Positions 8,777 to 19,694 are shown, counted from the stretch's first letter. The stretch: 64,000 nt of DNA from an uncultured Verrucomicrobiae bacterium (GCA_963707025.1 CAVPOM010000003.1:192001-256000); one strand, 5' to 3'. Notes: generated by a model not told the origin, from the sequence alone. Translations and numbers: made by a program.

Positions 8777-11758
8777 TTACGGAGGAAAGACCGTCTGGAA
8801 CACGGCGCGGATGGCGGCGCGGATTTGCTTCAGCTCGTTCATGAATTCCGCCGCGCTGTTAAAACCGCAGCGCACGGCGACCCGGTAGAGCGGCGCGTCC
8901 TCATCGGGCAATTCGGTTTCCGGCTCAAAACTCCAGAGGCGCAGGATGCCTTCCATCCGGCGAAGCCGGGCGTAGTTCTGCAGCAGGGATTGCCCGCCGG
9001 CGGACGGCAGCAAACCTTCATCCACGGCGCGGCGCAAGGCATGCAGGGTGTTGGGCTCCAGCCAGCCCGCCATCAAACAAAATGTCTGGGCCAGGAACTC
9101 CGCGTCCATCAGCCCGCCCGCGCCCGTTTTGATGGCCAGATGATCCCGGCCCGGGGCGGTGCGCTCCTGGATGGTCCGCGCGCGCATCCGGGCGATTTCC
9201 ACCTTCCAGCCGGGGGTGTAGGCGGCCAGGCCCGACTGCGGTTTGGCGGTGGCAGAGGAAGGAAGCACAAAACCGGCGGCCACGTTTTGCGGGGTGAAGT
9301 TGGCCAGGGCGGCGGCCAGTTGCTGGAATTGCGCCCCGAGGGTCATGTCCCCGGCAATGGGGCGGGCGCGGGTCAGGGCCTGGATTTCCCAGAGGGCGGC
9401 CCGCCGGCGGTAGTATTCTTCGCAGACCTCCAGGGTGTTGACCAGCAGGCCCTTCTCGCCGTCGGGACGCAAGCGAGTATCCACTCGAAAAACAATCCCA
9501 AGCTCGGTCGGGCGGGCCAGCAAATCCATCACTCCGGCCGCCAGGTTCTGGCAGGCGGGAAGGTTTTTCGTGCCGGAGGGGGCCGCAAAAAGAACGTCCA
9601 GGTCCGAGCCGTAGCCCACCTCGGCCCCGCCCAATTTGCCCAGGCCCATGATGCAGAAGGGCGCCGCCGGCAGGCGCTGCTCCCGGCAAACCACTTCCAG
9701 GGCATATTGCAGGCAGGCGGCGGCCAGGGCGGAAAGTTCAAGGAGATTTTGCTCGAAATCGGCCAGCCCCAATATGTCCCGCAGCCCGATCCGCATCAAT
9801 TCGGCTTCATGATAACGGCGCAGCCAGCCGAATTGGTCCTTGTCGTTCAGGCCGTGGCGCAGGTCATGCAGGGTTTCCCCGGCGGTTTTCTGGCGGCGCA
9901 ACCGCCCGCTCTCTTCCAATTCGTCCACCAGATCGGGATTGCGGATGGCTCTCTCGGCCAGGAATTCGGAACGATCAAAGAGCCGCAGCAGCAAATCAAA
10001 GAGCGGGGGCTTCTGCGTCCACAGTTCGTAGAGCATGGCGCGCGCGCCGTAGGCCTCCATAAAGCTTTGCAGCCGCACCATCACCCGGTCGGGATCGGAC
10101 AGCCGCGGCTTGGCGGCGGCGGCGGGGCCGGGATGCGGCGGGCACAGCGCGAAAAATTTCGGGAGCAACTCGCGCGCCAGTTCGGCGCTGCGAGGGGAGA
10201 CATGAACATAGCCCGGCCCGTTGACGAACATTTCCACCATGCGCAAGGCGCGGTCCACATCGCGAAAATGATGGCGCGCCAAAAACTCCTTCCAGGGACC
10301 TTCGGCGGCGGCGAAGTCCCCGGGCAGCGCGGAGGCTTTGGCCGGTTCCCCGCCGCCCAGGATCTTTTCGAAGAGGCGGCGGATCTGCCGGCTGTGGGCC
10401 TGGCGGGCGGACTCAAAGGCGTCGAGAGACTCAAATCCCATCAGACGCGCCAGCCGTTCCCGCGCCTGGCGCGCGGTGGGTATGGTGTGCGTTTGCTGGC
10501 CGGCCTCCATCTGCAGGCGGTGCTCCACGTCCCGCAAAAACAGGTAGGCCTCGCCCAATGCCTTGGCGTCCTCGGCGGAGAGCAGCCGGTAGGCGGCCAG
10601 TTTTTCCAGGGTGGCAACGGTCGCGGCCCCCTGCAAAAAGGGCTGCCGGCCGGCGTGGAGCAGTTGCAAGGTCTGCGCGATGAACTCCACCTCCCGGATG
10701 CCGCCCCGGCCCAATTTGACATTGCGCTCCAGTTCGCCCGCTTTGACCACTTCGTTCTCCAGGCGCGATTTCATGGCCGTCACACCGCGGAAGGTGCCTT
10801 CCCCCAGCGAGCGCGGATAACGAAATGGCTGGATCATTTCCAGAAATTCCGCGCCCAATTCCGCCTCACCGGCCACCGGGCGGGCTTTGATCAGCATCAT
10901 GCGCTCCCAGGTCTGGCCCCATTGCGCGTAATAGGTTTCGAAGCTGCCCAGCGAGCGGACGAGCGGGCAGGCCGGACCTTCCGGGCGCAAGCGCAGATCC
11001 ACCCGGTAGAGCGTGCCCTGCGGGGTCAGACGGGTGATTTCGGCGATCAGCCTTTCCGCCAGCCGCGTGAAAAAGACATGGTTGGCCATGCTCTTGCCGG
11101 TCTGTTCGCGCTGGCGCGGCCGTGTTTTGAATAAATGGCCCTCCTCGCTGTAAAGAAACATAATGTCCACGTCCGAACTGTAATTGAGTTCCTGCCCGCC
11201 CAGCTTGCCCAGGCCCAGCACGCAAAAATGGGTGGCCTGCCAGCGCCCGTCGGGCGCCGGGTGGAACGGCTGGCCCAGACGCCCCGTCAGCGGCCGCAGG
11301 CAAAGGCGCAAGACCGCGTCCAGACAGACATCGGCCACGTCGGAAATTTCACGCGTGATTTCCAGCGCCCCGCCCAGCCGGGCCAGATCGCGCGCCGCGA
11401 TGCGCACCATTTCGCGCTGTTTGAATTCCCGCAACCGGGCCAGGGCAGGCTCAATTTCGCCGCCCTCCAGCGATGGTGCAAGCCATCGCTCCACTTCCCG
11501 GCGCAAGCCCTGATCGCGGCGGGGATGTTGCAGCGCGTCGGCTTCCAGCAGCGGCGGCAGCCAATCGGGATGCGCCGCGAGCAACTCCCCCGCCATCTGC
11601 GAACCGGCCAGGAGCCAGGCCAGGATGCGCGCCTGTTCCGCGGAAGGCTGCTTGACAAATTGGGCGGCGCCGGTCTCCCGCAAACGGGCCAGGCCGGCCT
11701 CCGCCCGCGGCGGGTCGGCGCACGCTTCAATGGCTTTGCTCAACGTTTGCGGCTGCAT
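8777..11758 (-). CDS. glnE: Bifunctional glutamine synthetase adenylyltransferase/adenylyl-removing enzyme
   Basis: Two NTase domains (LGKLGGQELNYSSDVD; LGKLGGAEVGYGSDLD), VDLRLRP, K.GRGGIREVEF. Confidence 0.95.
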   Translation of the reverse strand: MQPQTLSKAIEACADPPRAEAGLARLRETGAAQFVKQPSAEQARILAWLLAGSQMAGELLAAHPDWLPPLLEADALQHPRRDQGLRREVERWLAPSLEGGEIEPALARLREFKQREMVRIAARDLARLGGALEITREISDVADVCLDAVLRLCLRPLTGRLGQPFHPAPDGRWQATHFCVLGLGKLGGQELNYSSDVDIMFLYSEEGHLFKTRPRQREQTGKSMANHVFFTRLAERLIAEITRLTPQGTLYRVDLRLRPEGPACPLVRSLGSFETYYAQWGQTWERMMLIKARPVAGEAELGAEFLEMIQPFRYPRSLGEGTFRGVTAMKSRLENEVVKAGELERNVKLGRGGIREVEFIAQTLQLLHAGRQPFLQGAATVATLEKLAAYRLLSAEDAKALGEAYLFLRDVEHRLQMEAGQQTHTIPTARQARERLARLMGFESLDAFESARQAHSRQIRRLFEKILGGGEPAKASALPGDFAAAEGPWKEFLARHHFRDVDRALRMVEMFVNGPGYVHVSPRSAELARELLPKFFALCPPHPGPAAAAKPRLSDPDRVMVRLQSFMEAYGARAMLYELWTQKPPLFDLLLRLFDRSEFLAERAIRNPDLVDELEESGRLRRQKTAGETLHDLRHGLNDKDQFGWLRRYHEAELMRIGLRDILGLADFEQNLLELSALAAACLQYALEVVCREQRLPAAPFCIMGLGKLGGAEVGYGSDLDVLFAAPSGTKNLPACQNLAAGVMDLLARPTELGIVFRVDTRLRPDGEKGLLVNTLEVCEEYYRRRAALWEIQALTRARPIAGDMTLGAQFQQLAAALANFTPQNVAAGFVLPSSATAKPQSGLAAYTPGWKVEIARMRARTIQERTAPGRDHLAIKTGAGGLMDAEFLAQTFCLMAGWLEPNTLHALRRAVDEGLLPSAGGQSLLQNYARLRRMEGILRLWSFEPETELPDEDAPLYRVAVRCGFNSAAEFMNELKQIRAAIRAVFQTVFPP

Positions 11759-11974
11759 GCCTGCAATGTAAAGGTTCCCCAGAAAACTGCAATCCAACCA
11801 TCCGCCCTGCAAGGATTTGACGGCCGGCCGGACCTTTTACGCGATAGCGATGCCGGCCTGCAACCACCTGCTCAGTCTCAGAATTCCGGACTTGGCGGAC
11901 GACGCGCAAACCCGGCCGTGCGGTGGAGGAAGCCGCCGATGGCATGGCCGATGCAAATGGGAGTTTAGTATATT

Positions 11975-12015
11975 GGAACTTTTTTCTTGCATGTTGGAGG
12001 GGTTTGTGGTCAATT
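11975..12015 (+). promoter_or_regulatory. Shared TTGCAT promoter-like motif upstream of the prepilin gene
   Basis: ggaacttttttcTTGCATgttgga..tggT; the same motif occurs at 14949, 19847 and 36949. Confidence 0.5.
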
Positions 12016-12181
12016 TATGGAAAACACGGCACGAAAACAAGCGCAAGAAGTCGGCATTGTGGGCAAAGGATGCCGCCGGTGCGGCGGTGGCTCTGAGGAT
12101 GGAAGATATTTGGCGAATGTTGGCGGAAAATGGTTGCGGACGGAGCGTGTATTGTAGTAAGATATAACCAGGTATGACTGT

Positions 12182-13123
12182 ATGAAAACGCCAAACTTAT
12201 TGATTATGAGACAGATAAACGTGCCAAGCGGATCGCGGCAGAAGCGGCCGGAGCGTGGTTTTGGGTTTGGCGGGGGCCAGTTGCGCCAGGGGTTCACCCT
12301 GATCGAATTGCTGGTGGTCATCGCCATTATCGCAATTCTGGCGTCATTATTGCTTCCAACATTGGCCAGGGCCAAGCAGAGAGCCATTGCCGCCAAGTGC
12401 ATGAACAATGAACATCAACTCCTGCTCGCCTGGAAGATGTACCCTGACGACAACCGGGGGTATTTTCCGAACAATTACGAAGGGGCAGATCAAGCTGGAT
12501 GGGTTTATGGAAGTGACATGGACTACAGCGGGGCGGCTTACAACTACGATCTGGATTATGTCACCAATGTACAATTTGCGGAGATGGCGCCTTACGTGAT
12601 GAAACAGCCGCTCATTTTCAAGTGTCCGGCGGATCTGAGTTGCGCGTCGGGCCTGACGGGACCGCCGCGGATCCGCACCGTTTCCATGAGCCAAGCCATA
12701 TCCAGCCCTGGTTCGTGGCTTGGAGAAATCACCGGCGGCTCGGCCACTTGGAAGACGTACGCCAAGGAAGGGGATTATTCGCTTCCCGGACCTTCGTCGT
12801 TGTGGGTCTTCATTGACGAAGATCCGGATAGCGTCAACGACGCGGCTTTTGCGTTTCAAATGCCGAGCGGCGCCTCCACGAGTTGGATTGACCTTCCGGC
12901 CAAACTCCACGGGGACGCTGGGTCCTTTGGGTTTGCGGATGGCCATGCGGAAATACACGGCTGGAAGAATCCCGTGGGTGTTCCGAAAACGACTTATAGA
13001 CCTCCAGGCGGAGTCGTTAGCGATTACGACCCCCCTGTTATCAACGCGAACAAGGATATTTATTGGGTGGCGACGCGCACCTCGGCCCCCGCGACCGGCG
13101 GGTATTCGTTCCCAACCCAGTAA
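12182..13123 (+). CDS. Prepilin-type N-terminal cleavage/methylation protein with H-X9-DG domain (DUF1559-like)
   Basis: G^[37 protein letters not shown]. Confidence 0.9.
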   Translation: MKTPNLLIMRQINVPSGSRQKRPERGFGFGGGQLRQGFTLIELLVVIAIIAILASLLLPTLARAKQRAIAAKCMNNEHQLLLAWKMYPDDNRGYFPNNYEGADQAGWVYGSDMDYSGAAYNYDLDYVTNVQFAEMAPYVMKQPLIFKCPADLSCASGLTGPPRIRTVSMSQAISSPGSWLGEITGGSATWKTYAKEGDYSLPGPSSLWVFIDEDPDSVNDAAFAFQMPSGASTSWIDLPAKLHGDAGSFGFADGHAEIHGWKNPVGVPKTTYRPPGGVVSDYDPPVINANKDIYWVATRTSAPATGGYSFPTQ

Positions 13124-13230
13124 AGCCCGAACAGACCAAACAAACCCCCAACGATGTCGTTGCCGCCGGTTCAACCCGGCGGCAATTTTCTTGCTGGCGA
13201 AGGCGGGGCACACCATGCTTGCGCGCGGTT

Positions 13231-14781
13231 ATGAACGGCCTGCGCATGATCTCCGAAGGCGCTTTGGCGCGGATGCGTCAGGGCGCGATGGAGGCCTGGC
13301 GGCGGCAGGATTATCCCGAGTACTTCAAAATCATGGAGCAAGCCAGCCGGCAGGACCCCGCCAACACCGCGCTCCTGCTGGAGATCGGAGCGGCCTATGG
13401 CATGCGCTACGATTATGCCGCCGCGGAACGCTGCTTCGAGAATGCCATCCGCGTCGCCCCAAGCAAGAGCAAGGCGCTGGTCATGGCCGGAACACAATGC
13501 CGCGGGTTTGACCGGTATGAAATGGCCCGAAATTACCTGGAACGAGCGGTCAAAGAACCCAGGCCGCCGGCCGACACCTATGTCAAGCTGGCCGAGATTT
13601 ACGAGCGATTCCGATTGCTGGAACAAGCCGCCGGCCTGGTGGACCGGGCGTTGCAATTGGACCCGGCCTGCGCCTTGGCTTCCATGGTGCGCGCCCGGCT
13701 GGACCGGTTGAGCGGGGGGGCTGCGGAGGCAGAGCAGCGTTTGCGTCCTTTGCTCGCGCGATCCGACCAGGACACTTGGTCCACGCGCATCCGGGGCTGG
13801 TATGAATTGGGGGCGGCGCTGGACGCGCAGGGACGCTACGACGAGGCCATGGCCGCCATTCTGAAAGCCAAGGCCATGATCCTGCCCAACGCCGGGCCAT
13901 TGATCTCCAGCCAAAAGCGGGTGCAGGCGCATGTCAAGACGGTGGCGGAGAAACTCAACGCGGAGATGTTCAGCCGGTGGCGGGCGCAAGCGGCCGATCT
14001 GCAACCGCCACGCCGCCTGGCCCTGCTCTGCGGCCACCCGCGCTCCGGCACCACGGTGCTGGAGCAGGTGCTGGATTCCCACCCGGATTTCGTTTCCGTG
14101 GAGGAAACCGCGATTTTCGCCCGCGAAGGCTTTGCGCCTCTCCTGCGCGGCTTGCCGCCGGAGACGATGATGCTGGACACGCTGGGATCGGCCTCGCCCG
14201 GGGCCTTGCGGCAGGCGCGGCAGAATTACATGGACTGCATGGTGAAGTTTCTGGGCCAACCGCCCGACGCCCGGATGTTGATTGACAAAAACCCGGCGCT
14301 GACCCCCTTGGTCCCTGGTTTTGTCCGGGTCTTCCCGGAGGCGAAACTGCTGGTGGCCTTGCGGGACCCGCGCGATGTCTGCCTGAGTTGTTTCATGCAG
14401 CCCCTTCCGCTGGGACAAGTCAGTTCCATCTTCCTGACCCTGGAGGGAACCGTCCAGGAATACGCCTCGGTCATGGGTTTGTGGCGAGTGCTGGCGCGGT
14501 GCCTTGGCGATTGCTTTCTGGAAGTCCGCTACGAGGATTTGGTGGCGGATTTGGAGGGGGTTGCCCGGCGGGCGCTGGGGTTTCTGGGGGCCGCTTGGGA
14601 CGAGCGGGTGCTGCGTTTTGACCAGCACGCCCGGCAGAAACTGGTGCGCTCGCCCACCTATGCCGCCGTGGCCAAACCGATTTCCAGGGGCGCGATTGGC
14701 CGCTGGCGCAATTATCAAAAGCATCTGGAGCCGTGGCTGGAGACGCTGGCGCCTTTTGTCCAGGCCTTTGGCTACGAATGA
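13231..14781 (+). CDS. TPR-containing sulfotransferase
   Basis: TPR-like N-terminal half; GHPRSGTT 5'-PSB, DKNP, RDPRDV.LS, YEDLV. Confidence 0.9.
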   Translation: MNGLRMISEGALARMRQGAMEAWRRQDYPEYFKIMEQASRQDPANTALLLEIGAAYGMRYDYAAAERCFENAIRVAPSKSKALVMAGTQCRGFDRYEMARNYLERAVKEPRPPADTYVKLAEIYERFRLLEQAAGLVDRALQLDPACALASMVRARLDRLSGGAAEAEQRLRPLLARSDQDTWSTRIRGWYELGAALDAQGRYDEAMAAILKAKAMILPNAGPLISSQKRVQAHVKTVAEKLNAEMFSRWRAQAADLQPPRRLALLCGHPRSGTTVLEQVLDSHPDFVSVEETAIFAREGFAPLLRGLPPETMMLDTLGSASPGALRQARQNYMDCMVKFLGQPPDARMLIDKNPALTPLVPGFVRVFPEAKLLVALRDPRDVCLSCFMQPLPLGQVSSIFLTLEGTVQEYASVMGLWRVLARCLGDCFLEVRYEDLVADLEGVARRALGFLGAAWDERVLRFDQHARQKLVRSPTYAAVAKPISRGAIGRWRNYQKHLEPWLETLAPFVQAFGYE

Positions 14782-14795
14782 TCCCGTCCGCCCAA

Positions 14796-14980
14796 CGCCC
14801 CCGCTGCGTTTGCAGCCGCAGGCTGGCTGGCTCGGGTCGGCGGTGGTTTGGACCGGATCGGGTCTGCCCGGCCCGGCTGGTTCCAGGCGTGTTGGCCCCA
14901 ACCTCCTCAAGGGGGAACGACGAGACCCGTTCAAACGGAAGTTTTCTCTTGCATATTGGAATGGAATTTGGTGAAATCGT
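14796..14980 (+). promoter_or_regulatory. Conserved upstream region of giant protein gene 1
   Basis: Homologous to 19695-19878 and partly to 36840-36980; TTGCAT-17-TGAAAT. Confidence 0.65.
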
Positions 14981-15111
14981 TGACAGTGAAATGTTCCAGA
15001 CCAACCTGGAAAACGGTATGAAAAAATTAGTCTTGCTTGAGTTTGGGATGTGTGCCACGATGGCGCTCCCAAACCTATCTGTTGGTTAATGTTCAACAAT
15101 CAGAAAATCCC

Positions 15112-18100
15112 ATGAAAAGTTACATTGAGCACATACTTGTCCGCGCCGTCCCCGTACTCTTGGCGCTGTCTGCCATCTCGACTGTCCAAGCCCAATCTGG
15201 CGCTTACTACAACGCCGTCACCAATCTCAACCCGGTGCTTTACCTGCCTCTGAACGAGACCGTCGTACCTCCCGCCTCCACGCCCGTGGCGATCAACCAA
15301 GGAACCCTGGGCACCGTTGACAACGGCGTTTACACCCACGGCGCATTCCCTGGAGTGCCGGGAGCGTTGACGGGCGACCCCGATACGGGCGGCCTTTTTA
15401 CCGGAGGAGGCGGGGGTATTGCGCACATGTCCGCCGCTTATGATGCGGCTTATGCCTCGGTTTCCAACTTTACGGTCGAGGTTTGGGTGAACTCGCCAGC
15501 CACCGATCCCGGGACAGACTGCATCATCAATTGCGTGGATGCCGGCAGTCCGCGCGCCGGCTGGCTGATCTATACTGACATAACTGCGGTCGGCACTTTT
15601 AACTTCAGAACCTACTACCAAAACGGCACTTCCGCCGCGGAGAACTACAACATCCCGGTTCCGGGCGGGCATATTCTTTCCAACACCTGGTACCACCTTG
15701 TGGTCACTTTTAACGCTGTTACCGCGACCGCGCAGGGTTATGTCAACGGCCAGCCGGTGGCCAGTGCCGGCACCACAACCCAAATCTATGTGGGCAGCAC
15801 CGCCGGGAAGTTTACCGTCGGCGCCAGAGGCGACTCCTCTTTCGCCTTCCCCGGCTACCTTGACGAAGCTGCTTTTTATTCCAATTTGCTTTCGCCAAGC
15901 GACATCGCCGCCCATTATGCGGCTGGCATCAGCGGGGTGCCTGGCGCCTACTATACGGCCGTCTCGAACGACAACCCCCTGCTTTACTTCCGCATGGATG
16001 AGGGGGCGCCTCCAGTCGCCAAAAACTATGGCACCGTCGGCGCCCTGGCCAACGGTTATTACGAATTCGGCACGACGCCCGGCGTCGCCGGACCGCCGGT
16101 TGAAGGCTTCGGCCCCAACAATTTTGGCGTTCAGTTTACCGGCGGAGAAGCCACGGACGGTGGGCCGACCGTTCCGATCGTCAGCGCCAACAACCTCGCG
16201 GTTGGCACCACCGCCAACAATCCAATTACGCTCGCCGCGTGGATTCAGGTTCCTGCTGATCCCACTTGGTTCACCACGATCATGGGCAGAGGCGACTCGG
16301 CGTATCGTTTCGATGTTGACAACCCGGCTGGAGCGCCTCACTTCAACGCCGGCAATTTTGGTGACGTGACCGGGTTTGCCAACATGGGGGACGACAACTG
16401 GCATTTCTGGGTCGGGACATGGGATGGCACCAATGCTCAGAAGATTTACATTGATTCCGTGCTGGCCGCATCAAGCCTCGGCAATCTCGGCGCCAACGGC
16501 AACGCCAACGCTTTCCTGATTGGCTCGGCTCCCGATTACGGGAATCGGAATTTCATCGGCAGTATTTGCCAGGTGGCGGTTTTCAGCAATGCGCTTACCA
16601 CGACTCAGATCAATGCTCTGTATAGCGCAGCCGGTGCCCCGCCGGCCTTCACGGTCAATCCGCCGCCATTGGTCGTGGCCAATGCCGGCACCGTCGCCAC
16701 CTTGGGCGCGGTGACGGCTTCGGGCAGCTCCCCGCTCAGCTATCAGTGGTATAGTGGCACTCCCGGCACCGGCACCCCCCTGACCGCCGGCCCGCGCTAT
16801 CCATCAAACGTGACCAACACTTCCCTTGTGATTGACCCGGCGGAGACCGGCGACGCGGGAAATTACTACGTGACGGTCGCGAACGGCTTCGGAACGCCCG
16901 CCACGAGCACATCGGTTGCGCTGGAGGTTCCTACTGCGGTCACTGCGGATGTTTACGCCGGCGGCAGTCCCACCTTCACAGTCGCGCCGGGCGCCGCTTC
17001 TTATCAGTGGAGCAGCAACGGATTCGCGGTCACCGGGGCGACCGGCAGCACTTTCACCCTGGCCAGCGTGACGGTGGCCCAATCTCCCGTGACGGTGTCT
17101 TGTTTGATTGATGGCACTATCAGCAGCGCCACTTATACGGTGAATATCGCCCCCGCGCCGACCGACTTGTATCCTCTCGCGGTGCTGGCGGACCATCCCA
17201 TCGCCTACTTCCGTCTGGATGAGGCCGATAATGGAACCGGCAACAACGGGTCGCCGGCGTTTGATCGTATCAGCGGCAACAATGGCATTTACAGCAATAC
17301 AACCCTCGGCCCGACGGGCTACCCCATTGACGCCGGCGCGGTTGCCAACAGCGACGGGGCGGCCCAGTTTGGCTCGCTGGCCACTTCCGACAGCTTTGCC
17401 GCGTTCATTCCGAATATAGACTTCGGGCTGGCGGCCAGCAATTCCCCGGCCCAACTCGGCAACGGGCAGTTCTCGGTGGAAGCCTGGGTGTTTGGAGTGC
17501 ATGGAGTGAATGAGGGCATCGTCACCAAGGGCTATGGCGGCGGCAACCAGACCACGCCGCACGGCGAGCAATTCTCGCTCCAAACCAGCGCCGGCGGCGG
17601 CAGTTTCGAGTTTCTCGTTAATGACGCGGCCGACGACACCGCCAACCTCACCTACGTCACCAGCGCCAACACCTTGAGCAACGATCTGGTCTCGCCGCTC
17701 TGGCACCATCTGGTCGGCGTCTGTGACCAGACCAATGGCTACATTTATCTGTATAAAGACGGTTTGCCGGCCGGCAGATCCGTCCTGGGCGCCGGCAAAG
17801 GGATCTTAAGCGCGCCGACCACGCCGTTAAGCATCGGCGCCAAGCAGGTGCATGATACCTCGGGCAATTACGACGGCCAGTTTATCGGAACCATTGATGA
17901 AGTGGCCATTTACAACAAGGCCCTGACCTCCAACCAGGTGCTCAACCACTATTTTGCCGCCGGGATTGTCCCCATATTCCTGGTGCAACCGACCAACGAT
18001 CCCAACATCGGCAGTCCCGGCAGTACCAACGCGGGTCTGGGATCGAGCGTGACGCTGACCTCGCTGGGCTTCGGCAGCCCGGCCTTGCATTACCAATGGT

Positions 18101-19485
18101 ATGATTACAACAACGGAGGCTCTCCCATTGCGGTGAATTCGGCGCAGGAACCGGGCAACACCGGGGCCACCACGCCGACGCTCACGCTCAAGAACGTCAG
18201 CACTATTGCCGCCGGCGGCACCGTCAACACCATCGGGACCGGGGTGTTTGAAGTGGTCGTGAGCAATCCCTATGGCGCTGTCACCAGTTCCATCGTGACG
18301 ATCACCCCTGTTTCCGGCCCGCCGTCCATCAGCCCGGATCTGCCGGCCACCAACTACGTGCTGATTGGCTCTTCCGCTGTTTTCGCCGTGGGCCAGAACG
18401 GGGAATTCCCACAAACCAATGTCTGGTACTACAACAACGGGAGCGGCGCCGTCAAGCTCACGGACGTGGGCCGTATCACCGGCTCCACGACCAGCCAGTT
18501 GACCATTGCCAACGTGACGCAGGCCGACGCGGGCACTTATCAGCTCTTTATCACCAATGCCATATCGTATCCGTTCGGAGTCTCGAGTTCTCCTTCAACG
18601 CTGGTGGTTGTACTGGAGCCGACCTTCAACGGCGGCTCCGGCTGGACGCTGAATGCCACGGCGGGGGAGACTTTATTGCCTTCCATCTCCGGCGACGTGC
18701 TGGAACTTACGCAAAATACCGGCGGCCAGGCCAACAGTTTCTTCTTCGATACTCCGATGTATTGCGGCGCCTTTCAGGCTTCCTTCACCTACCAGGATGT
18801 CACGACCAACGGGGCGGATGGATTTAGCTTCTGCCTGCAAAATGACCCGGCAGGGACGGCTGCTCTCGGCCAGGGCGGCGGCGAAATCGGGTACGGGGGC
18901 GCTGAGACCGGGGCCTTACCCTACATCACGAACAGCGTGGCCGTGGGATTCGACATCTACAATGGCCACCAAATCGGCTGCGAACTCTTGACCGGGGGAA
19001 ATCAAAATTTCCGATATGGCCCTGTGACGCCTGTAGCCCTGACCGGCGGCGACCTGATCAACATCGTCATCCATTATGATGGAAATACCATGAGCCTGAC
19101 GTTTGCGGATCCTGCCGCAAGCACTTTCTACTCCACCAACTACGTGATCGGCCCGATTGCCCAATATGTGGGCGCCAATACCGCCCTGGTCGGATTCACG
19201 GGCGCCACCGGGGGAGTCGAGGCTCAGCAAAATATCTCCGCGTTCAGCTACACCCCGATTCCGACCATGTCGGCGTCCCTGAGCGGCAACAGCGCGGTCG
19301 TCACCTGGCCGACGGCCATAGGCGGTTATGTCCTGCAATCCACCCACGCATTGCCCGCAGGACAAACCGGACCGGGAGCATGGGCAACCGTGCCGGCCAG
19401 TTCTTATAGTATCGTCAACGGCAATTACCAGTTCATCATGCCAACGTCCAATGGCACCACCTACTACCAGTTGTTCCTGCCATAA
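15112..19485 (+). CDS. Giant secreted LamG/ConA jellyroll + Ig + L-type lectin protein (paralog 1)
   Basis: Signal peptide; repeated FSVEAW/WYHLV/DEVAIY LamG motifs; YQWY Ig motifs; GADGF..VAVGFD..VGFTGATGG lectin; ends YYQLFLP. Confidence 0.85.
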   Translation: MKSYIEHILVRAVPVLLALSAISTVQAQSGAYYNAVTNLNPVLYLPLNETVVPPASTPVAINQGTLGTVDNGVYTHGAFPGVPGALTGDPDTGGLFTGGGGGIAHMSAAYDAAYASVSNFTVEVWVNSPATDPGTDCIINCVDAGSPRAGWLIYTDITAVGTFNFRTYYQNGTSAAENYNIPVPGGHILSNTWYHLVVTFNAVTATAQGYVNGQPVASAGTTTQIYVGSTAGKFTVGARGDSSFAFPGYLDEAAFYSNLLSPSDIAAHYAAGISGVPGAYYTAVSNDNPLLYFRMDEGAPPVAKNYGTVGALANGYYEFGTTPGVAGPPVEGFGPNNFGVQFTGGEATDGGPTVPIVSANNLAVGTTANNPITLAAWIQVPADPTWFTTIMGRGDSAYRFDVDNPAGAPHFNAGNFGDVTGFANMGDDNWHFWVGTWDGTNAQKIYIDSVLAASSLGNLGANGNANAFLIGSAPDYGNRNFIGSICQVAVFSNALTTTQINALYSAAGAPPAFTVNPPPLVVANAGTVATLGAVTASGSSPLSYQWYSGTPGTGTPLTAGPRYPSNVTNTSLVIDPAETGDAGNYYVTVANGFGTPATSTSVALEVPTAVTADVYAGGSPTFTVAPGAASYQWSSNGFAVTGATGSTFTLASVTVAQSPVTVSCLIDGTISSATYTVNIAPAPTDLYPLAVLADHPIAYFRLDEADNGTGNNGSPAFDRISGNNGIYSNTTLGPTGYPIDAGAVANSDGAAQFGSLATSDSFAAFIPNIDFGLAASNSPAQLGNGQFSVEAWVFGVHGVNEGIVTKGYGGGNQTTPHGEQFSLQTSAGGGSFEFLVNDAADDTANLTYVTSANTLSNDLVSPLWHHLVGVCDQTNGYIYLYKDGLPAGRSVLGAGKGILSAPTTPLSIGAKQVHDTSGNYDGQFIGTIDEVAIYNKALTSNQVLNHYFAAGIVPIFLVQPTNDPNIGSPGSTNAGLGSSVTLTSLGFGSPALHYQWYDYNNGGSPIAVNSAQEPGNTGATTPTLTLKNVSTIAAGGTVNTIGTGVFEVVVSNPYGAVTSSIVTITPVSGPPSISPDLPATNYVLIGSSAVFAVGQNGEFPQTNVWYYNNGSGAVKLTDVGRITGSTTSQLTIANVTQADAGTYQLFITNAISYPFGVSSSPSTLVVVLEPTFNGGSGWTLNATAGETLLPSISGDVLELTQNTGGQANSFFFDTPMYCGAFQASFTYQDVTTNGADGFSFCLQNDPAGTAALGQGGGEIGYGGAETGALPYITNSVAVGFDIYNGHQIGCELLTGGNQNFRYGPVTPVALTGGDLINIVIHYDGNTMSLTFADPAASTFYSTNYVIGPIAQYVGANTALVGFTGATGGVEAQQNISAFSYTPIPTMSASLSGNSAVVTWPTAIGGYVLQSTHALPAGQTGPGAWATVPASSYSIVNGNYQFIMPTSNGTTYYQLFLP

Positions 19486-19499
19486 AAAGGCGGGTTAAC

Positions 19500-19583
19500 C
19501 GGGATGCCAATATCATAAGCATCCCGTAAGAATAAAGAATACAGGCGGCGGCTCGGAAGAAATTCCCGGCCGCTGTTTTTTTT
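19500..19583 (+). terminator. Conserved hairpin plus intrinsic terminator
   Basis: gggatgc..gcatccc, then cggcggct..gaaa..ggccgctg-T8; also at 25198-25278 and 44169-44247. Confidence 0.75.
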
Positions 19584-19694
19584 GAGGCGTGACCTGAGGC
19601 TGGACAGGCAGGCGAAAACTGCGCTATCTGCCCCGTTTGGCGGTTGGTCAGCTCAGCGCGGCCAAATCGCTTGAGCGGGCGGGCTTCCCCCAAG

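Noticed and set aside
8648..11134. 828-aa plus-strand ORF (and similar long antisense ORFs such as 13171-15099 and 44272-45939)
   Set aside because: Antisense shadows of recognisable high-GC genes
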